Positions 16,918 to 25,400 of a stretch of DNA of 35,205 bases are shown here, piece after piece. Position 1 is the stretch's first letter; each line of letters begins with the position of its first letter. The notes under the pieces were generated by a model that made no database searches, had not been told where the DNA came from, and was given only the letters and a program-made list of their open reading frames with translations. Position numbers and translations under genes: made by a program. The stretch spans positions 1 to 35,205 of the IMG/VR virus record IMGVR_UViG_3300037309_000023; one strand, written 5' to 3'. This DNA is from a virus (taxonomy: Duplodnaviria; Caudoviricetes).

Positions 16918-18971
16918 AAGTGACGGGCCGCATTCAAGTAGCCTTTACCGCCGGGGAGATCGACCCGGCGATGGTCGATCGCACCGAGCTCAAGTACTAC
17001 CATTCAGGCGCGCTGCGCGCTGAAAACGTGGTATTCGCGCCACAGGGCGGGTTCCGGTCGCGTCCCGGCTTGCGGCGCGTGGCGGCGGTGCCTGCCGACG
17101 CTCGGGCCCTGTTGTCGTTTGTAAATTCGCAGGGCGCCTCATACGATATCGTGCTGTCGCCTAGCGTGGCGACAATCCAATCCGGCGCGAGTGTCGCGGG
17201 CACCGTGTCGATCCCGCATAATACGGGCGGTAAAATCGACACCCTGGGCGCGGTGCAAGCTCTCGATACGCTGTTGCTGTTTCATCCGGACCACCCGCCG
17301 CATCGCATCCGGCAGTTGCCAGCTGGATTTGCCGGCGATGTCGCGCCGATAACGAATATTCCCAATTATGACTACGGCGGAACCTATTCGAACGGCGTAG
17401 CGGCCGTCTGGGACCTGCAATTTATTACAGACACAAACAGTATATCGTTTCAAATTAAAGTAAATGACGAGGAAACAAATGCGATCCCAATGGGGGCGGA
17501 CCTAGACGATTTGGCCTCGCGAATTCAAGCGGCGCTGCTGGCGCTGCCGTCAATCGCGACGGGGTTGACGTGCGCTCACGTGATCGATGCCGGGATAGAC
17601 TATTTTCGGGTCACATTCGCCGGCGCTGATAATGTCGCCCGTGGAGATACGTGGGCCGTTTCGGGCAAGATCGTGAACAAGCCCGACGCCGCCGTCGTCG
17701 TGTATAAACGCACGGTCGGCGTTAAGCCGGGCGAGCCGTTAATGTCGTCGGCGCGAGGATGGCCGACGACGGGGTGTTTCTATCAACAACGGCTGATCCT
17801 GGGCGGGTTTAAAAGCCTGCCGAGCGCATGGATGGCAAGCAAGACGGGCGACTATTACAACTTCGACGATCGCGTGACGACGTCGGCCGGGCCCATGCTG
17901 GTCCCGATGGACCTGCCCGGCAATGAGCGGATCGAGCGGCTCGTGGCCGGGCGATCTCTGATGGTGTTTACGTCCGGGGGAAACTACTGGCTATCGGACC
18001 GCACGATCGCGAACGGCACGCCGCCCAACCACGTGAAGGCGGGCGCGGAAGGCATCCGCCCGGGCGTGCCCGTGGTGGAAAGTGCCGGCTCGGCGATCTT
18101 CGTGCACAAGCAAGGCTCGGTGATCGGGCGCTTCTCATACGACGAAGTCGCGGGCAACTTCGTGCCGTCCGATCTGTCGATCCTGGCGGCGCACTTGGTG
18201 CGGGCGCCAAAATCAATAGCGATCGCGCGAGCGACCACAAGCCAAGACGGCGACCAGCTGGTGGTGTGCCAGTCCGACGGATCAGGGCTGATCGCGACCC
18301 TGCAAGCCGAACAAGACGTCACCGCGTTCGCGCGGTTCGAGGTCGATCGCGGCTTGGTCGCCGTGGGTGTGGACGGTGAAAACCGGATCATGGCTATCAA
18401 GCCGGACGCTAGCGGCCGGTCTCTTCAGAAGCTTGAGGCGGGGCTTCTCCTCGATGACGCCGTAACGCTAGCGCCGCCCGGGGGCAACCCGGCCAGTTCA
18501 ACCGTGTATACCGGCCTCGACCATCTCGACGGACGGATCGTGTGGGCGGTGGCGGCGAACCGGGTTTATGGCCCGCTGACCTGCGCGAGCGGCGTGGTGT
18601 CGGTGCCGGCCGCGATCGCGACCACGATCACGTTTGGCACGTGGAAGCCGCCGATCGTGGAAACCATGCCGCTGCCGCGCGACGTGGGGCCGCGCATCGT
18701 GCGGCGCAAAAAGGCGCGCATCCACACGGTGATCCTCTCCGTGCTCGACACCACGTCGATCGCCGTGCAGGCGAACGGCGGGCGCCTTTGGACCGCGACG
18801 GCCGCGCAGCTGGGGCGCGCCGATGACGCGGCGGAGTTGGCCGCAGGGTTTACCGGGCAAATCACGATGCAAGGTCTGACCGGCTGGGTGGACGCGCCGA
18901 CGGTGCGCATCACTCAGACGCGGCCCGGACGCCTGCACGTGCGATCGGTAACCATCGCGGCCGAACTGTGA
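16911..18971 (+). CDS. Tail tubular protein B-like nozzle
   Basis: QVAFTAGEIDP..DR.ELKYY, PQGGFRSRPG, GWP...FYQQRL and SKTGDYYNF motifs. Confidence 0.85.
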   Translation: MVEVTGRIQVAFTAGEIDPAMVDRTELKYYHSGALRAENVVFAPQGGFRSRPGLRRVAAVPADARALLSFVNSQGASYDIVLSPSVATIQSGASVAGTVSIPHNTGGKIDTLGAVQALDTLLLFHPDHPPHRIRQLPAGFAGDVAPITNIPNYDYGGTYSNGVAAVWDLQFITDTNSISFQIKVNDEETNAIPMGADLDDLASRIQAALLALPSIATGLTCAHVIDAGIDYFRVTFAGADNVARGDTWAVSGKIVNKPDAAVVVYKRTVGVKPGEPLMSSARGWPTTGCFYQQRLILGGFKSLPSAWMASKTGDYYNFDDRVTTSAGPMLVPMDLPGNERIERLVAGRSLMVFTSGGNYWLSDRTIANGTPPNHVKAGAEGIRPGVPVVESAGSAIFVHKQGSVIGRFSYDEVAGNFVPSDLSILAAHLVRAPKSIAIARATTSQDGDQLVVCQSDGSGLIATLQAEQDVTAFARFEVDRGLVAVGVDGENRIMAIKPDASGRSLQKLEAGLLLDDAVTLAPPGGNPASSTVYTGLDHLDGRIVWAVAANRVYGPLTCASGVVSVPAAIATTITFGTWKPPIVETMPLPRDVGPRIVRRKKARIHTVILSVLDTTSIAVQANGGRLWTATAAQLGRADDAAELAAGFTGQITMQGLTGWVDAPTVRITQTRPGRLHVRSVTIAAEL

Positions 18972-18980
18972 GGGTGCCTC

Positions 18981-19550
18981 ATGACGATGATTTTCGACGT
19001 CATCCCCGCGATGATCGCCGGGTCGGCCGCGACGGCCGCGACGGCGACGGCGGCGGGCGTGCCCCTAGGCCTGACGGCGGCGGCGAGCGCGGGCGCCGGC
19101 ATCCTGGGCACGGGCATGACGGCCGGCTCGCTGCTGTCGGGCGCGCTGACGGCGGGGTCGGTTCTGACCGGGATTGCCGGCGCGATGGCGGCGGCGGACG
19201 GCGCGAACGCGCAGGCGTTTAACGCCAACATGGACGCGATGACCGAAGAGGCACAACTGCATCAACGCCAGACGGCGATGAAGCGCGAGCTCGCCAAGGT
19301 GCTCGGCGAGACCGACGTGGCCTATGCCGCGTCCGGCATCGATATTTCGGCCGGCGCGGCCGAGACAGCCCGGGCCACGGCCGAGCAACGGTTTGTCGAC
19401 GAAAGCACGATCGATCGCGGCCAAACCTCCGGCCGGATCGGCCTTTTGAATGAGCGGGCGCGAATGCTGCGGCGGATGGGGCAACGCCAGCTCGCGTTGG
19501 GTGTTGGCGGGGCGCTGCTGGGTGGGCTCGGCGGACTGAAGGTGGCGTGA
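18981..19550 (+). CDS. Internal virion (ejection) protein, small
   Basis: Gly/Ala-rich hydrophobic ends, YAASGID motif; follows the nozzle gene. Confidence 0.7.
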   Translation: MTMIFDVIPAMIAGSAATAATATAAGVPLGLTAAASAGAGILGTGMTAGSLLSGALTAGSVLTGIAGAMAAADGANAQAFNANMDAMTEEAQLHQRQTAMKRELAKVLGETDVAYAASGIDISAGAAETARATAEQRFVDESTIDRGQTSGRIGLLNERARMLRRMGQRQLALGVGGALLGGLGGLKVA

Positions 19551-22072
19551 TGGTGAACTATCGCGGGGCCGCGCCGACGAAGCCCGGCACATTCGACGCG
19601 ACGGCGCCGATTGCCAGCATGCCCGACCTGCCGGCCGATGGAGGCGCGGATTGGAACGCGCTTTCGCGGACGATGGCAGGGCTTTCTAACCACTTACAAG
19701 ACCTGGCCGCGCGCGCGCAGCGCAAGGACGAGATGGCGGCCGTCGACCAGGCGAAGCGCGACGCGCTGTCGGCGGTGCAGGCTGGCGACCAGGCGGGCGA
19801 CGACGCGGCGCCGACGCAACGCCGGCCGCGCGGGGGCCTCTCGAACAATCCGATCGCGGCCAAGGTGCGAGCGACGGCGGACGCGGCCGGCCTGCCGGGC
19901 GATATCGTCGCGGGCATCGTAAGCCAGGAAAGCGGGTTTGACCCGGCGCGCCGGCCGATCGGCAAGGACGGCAAGCCGTTGTCGTCGGCGTTCGGCCTGT
20001 TTCAGCTATTGAAGGACGAGCGGGCGCGGTTCGGGCTGGGTGATAGCACGGACGTCGATGGCCAGATCAAGGCCGGCATCGCCAAGATGGGCGAGAACTG
20101 GAACGCGGCCAAAAAGGCGCTTGGCCGCGACCCGACGCCGGGCGAATTCTACGCGGTTTATTATCAGGGCATCGGCGCGGGGCCGCGCATCCTGGCGAAC
20201 CCGTCGGGAGACTTTCGAGCCACGCTCGACACCATCAAGCCCGGCTGGGGTGGCACGGTCATTCGCGCGAACCCGTGGCTCGCGAGCATCAAGACCAACG
20301 CCGATTTCATCGCGTGGTCGGAAAAGAAGATCGGCGACCGCATGGGCGGCGCCGCGCCCGCGCCGGCGCCGTCGGTGCCGCCGCAGCCGCTCGCCTTGCG
20401 GCCGAACGGCACGCCGGCCGCCGACGCCTATAACGACACCGTGCGCGAGGCGATGCTGTGGCGCGCCGACAAGGACATTCGCGAGGAAATCGCCGCGATC
20501 GAAAAGGACGCCGGCGCCGACCCGGACGCGATCGAAGCGGCCCTGAACAAGGCGATGCAAGCGCGCCTCGCGGCGCTGCCCGATGACTTCAAGCGCGACC
20601 CGGAAACCATCGAGCTTTTGACAAAGACCTATGCGGCGCGCTCTGGCGCGGCGATCGCCGACGCGCGGGCGAAGCGCGAGCAAGCGGCGGACCTTGAGCG
20701 CCGCCAGGGCTTCGACGACGCCACGGCGGCGGCGCGCACGGGCATCGAGCGCGCGGCTTTCCAGTGGGGCGCGAACCCGCAAGGCGACCAGGCGGTGACC
20801 GCCGAAATCGGCCGCGCGACGGCGGCGATCGACGCGGCCGTGACGGCCGGCCTGATCACGCCGACGCAGGGCGACAAGAAAAAGCGCGACCTCCTCGAGG
20901 ACGCCACGATGGCGCGGGTGCGCGGCACGTTCTCGGCGCTGCCCGATCCGGCCGCGCAAGACCGCTTCGCGGCCGAGCTGATGGACCGGTGGTCGAAGGG
21001 CGATGAGATGTTTGCCGGGCTCTCCGGCGACAAGGCGCGGGCGCTGGTGACCGAACTGCGCGGCGAAGCGCGGCGGGCGGCGGCTGCGACGACGGCGGAC
21101 GCCCGGGCGCGCCGGGTGGAATTGCGCCGGCTGGTGGCGGACGATGTCGCCAGCGTGACGGCAAGCGGCAAGGGGATTGACTGGGCCGGCAAGGGCTTTG
21201 ACGCGGCGTCGATCGCGGCGACGCTGGGGCCGGCCGACGCGGCAAAGTGGGTGGCGGATCGCCAGGTGGCGGCGGACGTCTACATGGGTACGGCGGGGCT
21301 TGACCGGCTGACGCCGGCGGATATCGCCGAACGGCTGAAGGCGCTCGCGCCCGAACCGGAAAGCGACGGCTTCGCCGACCGGCAAAAAGTGTTCGACGCG
21401 GTGAAAAAGCGCGCGGACGCGCTGATGAAAGAGCGAGCGGCGGACCCGGCTATGGCGGCGGATCGCGCGTTTCAATTGACCGACACGGACCCCGAAAAGC
21501 GGGCGGCGGCGCGCATCACGGCGCAAGAGGCGATGGGCCTTCCCGATCTCGCGCGCGAGCCTCTGACCGTGTCGGAAGCCAAGGCGTTGATTGCGCCGGT
21601 GCTGCGGGCGGCGCCGGGGCAAGAGGCGCCGGCGCTGAAGGCCGTGCTCGAGCATGTCGACAAGACCTATGGGGCGATGGCGGACGAGGTGGCGGGCCAA
21701 CTGATCCGGCAAACGGGCGTCAATCGCGAGATGGCCGGCTATGGCGCGTCGCTTATCCGGAAGCTTGCGATGGGGCAAACGCCGACGGTGCGGGAGACGC
21801 GCGGGGCGGACAAGGCGGCGGAACGATCGGCGGCGGAACGGTTCGCGCCGGCGCCGGCGCCCGCGCCGTCGATCCCGATGAAGGGCGCGGCGCCGGTCAA
21901 TCCGGCCGCGCCGGCGCCGTCGCTGAAAAGCCTTCCCAGCCGGGCGGCGATCGACGCGCTGAAGGCCAACCCGGGGATGGCCGGCGACTTCGACGCCAAA
22001 TTCGGCGCGGGCGCGGCGGCGCTTTATCTCGGGGTGACGACACCGGAAGCGGATGAGGCGTGGGCGCCGTGA
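19547..22072 (+). CDS. Internal virion (ejection) protein with lytic transglycosylase-like domain
   Basis: GIVSQESGFDP (catalytic Glu), SSAFGLFQL, YAVYYQG; helical remainder; ends LKANP...FDAKFGAGAA. Confidence 0.8.
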   Translation: MMVNYRGAAPTKPGTFDATAPIASMPDLPADGGADWNALSRTMAGLSNHLQDLAARAQRKDEMAAVDQAKRDALSAVQAGDQAGDDAAPTQRRPRGGLSNNPIAAKVRATADAAGLPGDIVAGIVSQESGFDPARRPIGKDGKPLSSAFGLFQLLKDERARFGLGDSTDVDGQIKAGIAKMGENWNAAKKALGRDPTPGEFYAVYYQGIGAGPRILANPSGDFRATLDTIKPGWGGTVIRANPWLASIKTNADFIAWSEKKIGDRMGGAAPAPAPSVPPQPLALRPNGTPAADAYNDTVREAMLWRADKDIREEIAAIEKDAGADPDAIEAALNKAMQARLAALPDDFKRDPETIELLTKTYAARSGAAIADARAKREQAADLERRQGFDDATAAARTGIERAAFQWGANPQGDQAVTAEIGRATAAIDAAVTAGLITPTQGDKKKRDLLEDATMARVRGTFSALPDPAAQDRFAAELMDRWSKGDEMFAGLSGDKARALVTELRGEARRAAAATTADARARRVELRRLVADDVASVTASGKGIDWAGKGFDAASIAATLGPADAAKWVADRQVAADVYMGTAGLDRLTPADIAERLKALAPEPESDGFADRQKVFDAVKKRADALMKERAADPAMAADRAFQLTDTDPEKRAAARITAQEAMGLPDLAREPLTVSEAKALIAPVLRAAPGQEAPALKAVLEHVDKTYGAMADEVAGQLIRQTGVNREMAGYGASLIRKLAMGQTPTVRETRGADKAAERSAAERFAPAPAPAPSIPMKGAAPVNPAAPAPSLKSLPSRAAIDALKANPGMAGDFDAKFGAGAAALYLGVTTPEADEAWAP

Positions 22073-22091
22073 TGTGCAAAGGTGAAAACAC

Positions 22092-22346
22092 ATGGAGGAT
22101 GCGATGAATAATTTTCGAGTGAAGTATGTCGGGACGCTATCTCGGGCCGAGCGGCATATTCGGCTGTTTCGCGTCATGTGGGAGCGCGGGCGCGTTGGTG
22201 ACGGGCGTGGATACTCTGTAAAGTTGGCGATCGGTCTAGTGCCGCGCATGTTTACATACGATCGTGGCGTACTTGGAGAAGTTACTTTGTCAATAGCCGG
22301 TCTGCGTGTGCATTATCGGCGATCTTATGGTGGTATTTTTGTTTGA
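22092..22346 (+). CDS. Hypothetical lower-GC inserted gene (moron-like)
   Basis: 80-84 aa ORF (GGAGG before a second ATG) between two ejection genes; AT-richer codons. Confidence 0.65.
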   Translation: MEDAMNNFRVKYVGTLSRAERHIRLFRVMWERGRVGDGRGYSVKLAIGLVPRMFTYDRGVLGEVTLSIAGLRVHYRRSYGGIFV

Positions 22347-22411
22347 GCGGGCGGTCGGACGCTTGACAGCGCGACGCGCCCCCGATGCTGCGATCAGCAC
22401 AGGGGGCGCGC

Positions 22412-25400
22412 ATGGCGAACCAGAAGCCGAATTTTTTCGACCAGTTTGATGGTGAGCCGGCGCCGGTGGATGTGCCGGCCTTCTCGGGCGAGATGACCCA
22501 AGGGCCGCGCCCGACGCTCCTTGAGCGGTTCCGCGCCAATGCGGACGCGGGGTTTCGCTATAATACCCTGTTGGGCGCATCCGCCGACACGCTCGACCCG
22601 GAAGGGCGGGCGCGGTTCGATCGGCAATATGAGGCGATGCCGCAATGGGACGGGCTGTTGGAAGGCGCGGCGGCGCTCGCCGGCCAATTCGTCGGATCGG
22701 CGGGCACGCCGGAAAGCTTCATCCCGATCGGCGTTGGATCGCGCGTGGCGGCCGGCGCCGGCCTTCGGGCGTCGTCGCTTTCGGCGCGCATCCTGGCGGG
22801 GGCGGTGGACGCCTCGATCGTCAATGCGGTGACGGATGCGGGGATCCAGCGAATCGAAATCGGCGCGGGCTTCCGTGAGACCTTCGATCCGATGCAATGG
22901 GCGATGGGCGTTGGCCTGGGCGCGGCGATCGGCGGCGCGCTCCCCGCCGCTGGCGCGGGCGCCCGCGTCGTTGGCGATAAGGTGGCGGACGCGATCGATC
23001 GGCGCCTCGCGGCGAAGGAAGAGCCCGCGCCCGCGCCGGTGGCGGGCGAGCCGGGGGCGGCGGCGCCGACGGCGGGCGCCATCGATGAGGCGGCGCCGGC
23101 CGCGAGCGAACCCGCCGCGCCGGGCCCGGACTCGGCGGCGGCAACGGATGCCGTGCCCGATCCCGGCCTGACGATCGTCAACGAACTGCCGCCCGCTGAT
23201 GGCGCGCCGATGGACGTAACGGTGACGCCGGAACCCGCCGCGCCGGAACCGGCGCCGACGGCGGGCGAGGAAATCGCCGCGCGGGTGGACGCGATCTTGA
23301 CCGCGGGCGAAGTGCCGGACCCCTTGATGGGGGTCGACGTGCCCAGCGCCACGGCGGACGAAATCCGCGCGCTGCCCCAGCCGGGAAACCCGGACTTGCC
23401 CGTGGGGCCTGTGATGGTCGACCCGACGGCGCTGAAGGTCGATGCCGAACAATTCCAATTCAAATCGCAAGGCGACGCGGAGGGCGTCACGGACGCGCTG
23501 AAGGGCATTACCAAATGGCGACCGGAACGGGCGAACCAAATTATTGTCTGGCAGAACAAGGCGGGTGAGCTCTACGTGGTCGACGGCCATCAACGATCGG
23601 GCCTGGCCCGGCGCCTAGTGGCGGATGGCTATGAGCGCGCGATCCGGGTTCCCGCCGTCGTGTTCCGCGAGGCGGACGGATGGACGGCGGACATGGCGAT
23701 GATGCAAGCCGCCTATAAGAACATCGCTGAAGGCTCGGCCTCGACGGTCGACGCGGCGAAAATCTTGCGGGCGGGCGGCGATGATCAAGACTTGCCGATG
23801 TCGCGCGACGGCATCCGGCAGGCGCGCGACCTGGCGAAGCTGTCGGACGAGGCGTGGCGCTACGTCGTGAATGAACAAGTGGACCCGCAATATGCGCGGT
23901 TCGTCGGGCAGGTGCTCGCCGATGATCCGACGCGCCAAGTGGCGGCGATGAACCTTTTCGTCAAGTCGCCCCCCGACAACGTGAACCAAGCGGCGATCGC
24001 GGTTCGCCGCGTGCGCGATGCCGAAGTGACGCGGCGCGAAGCCGGGGCGCAAACCGATATGTTCGGCGGCGCGATTGATAGCGCCGTGATGGAAGAAAGC
24101 CGGATCGTGGCCGAAGCGATCAAGGTGCTGCGACGCGATAAGGCGCTGTTCGCGCGGCTGACCAAGGATGCGGACCGGATCGAGGAGGGCGGCTCCAAGG
24201 TCGACCGCGACCGCGCGGGCGCGATTGTCGATGAGGCGGACAAGGCGGCGGCCTATGTGGAAAAGCTGGCCTTCCGCGCGGGTCCGATCCGCGATATGGT
24301 CAAGGCCTTATCGAAAGAGGTGGCCAATGGAGAGACCCGGCTTAACGAGGCTGCTGAACGCCTTGCGGACGGCATCCGGCGCGGAGAAGGAGCGCTTCCG
24401 GATGGCGGCGCGCCACGGCGTGGAGATGGCGGGAAATCCGAATTGGCCGGCGCCAAAGCCGAACGAAAGCCAGAACCCGCCAAGCCCGAACCGGCAACCG
24501 AACGAACCGCGATCGGCGACCAAGGGCTGATCCCGGGCGTCAAGGCGGTCACGGACGCGGACCGGATCGCCTTGGAAGCCGCGCGACCGATGCGCGGGGG
24601 CAACCGCGATCTTCCCGCCGATGGCCTGTTTGGCGACGCCAAGGACCAGACGTCGCTTTTCCGCATGAAGCCGATGACGTCGGCGGCGGCGGGGGCGACG
24701 CCGGGGCGCGCGGCGGGCGGGACGGCTGGGCCGACGCCGGCGATGACGCGGCTTTCCGAAGTGTCCGACCGGCTGGTGGAAGGCCTCAACGTCACGGTGC
24801 GCGATGGGCGGGTGAAGGCCGGGGCGCTCGGCACCTATGGCACGACAACGGGCGTGGTGCGCGTGCGCGCGGTGGGCGACTTCGCGACGCTGACGCACGA
24901 ACTGGGCCATGCGATCGAATACAAATATCCCGCGACCGTGCGGCCCTTGATGATGCGGCACCAAGGGGAACTGATGCCGCTCGCCTATGACCCGAACGCC
25001 AAGACGTCGATCCGCCTGCAAGAGGGCTTCGCCGAATTCATGCGCCTGCTGGTGACGAACCCGGCGCACGCGGCGAAGCAGGCGCCGGGGTTTGACGCGG
25101 CGTTTCGGCAGGCGATGCCGGCCCCTGAAATGGCGCTCCTCGACGACACGGCGCGGGCCTATGCCGATTGGCTGGCGCAACCGTCGGACATCGCGGTGGC
25201 GTCCACGATCCGCTCGAACAAGCGGCCCGGCTGGCTGGCGCGGACGGCGGATGATCTCAGGCGCCACGGCCTTGCGGGCACCATCGCGGACCGGGTGAGC
25301 CAAGCCTATCAATTGCTGTTCGATGACCTGTCGCCGATCAGCCGGGCGGTGCGCGCGCTGGCACGCGTGCATGTCGACAAGACCGGCCAAATGATCGACC

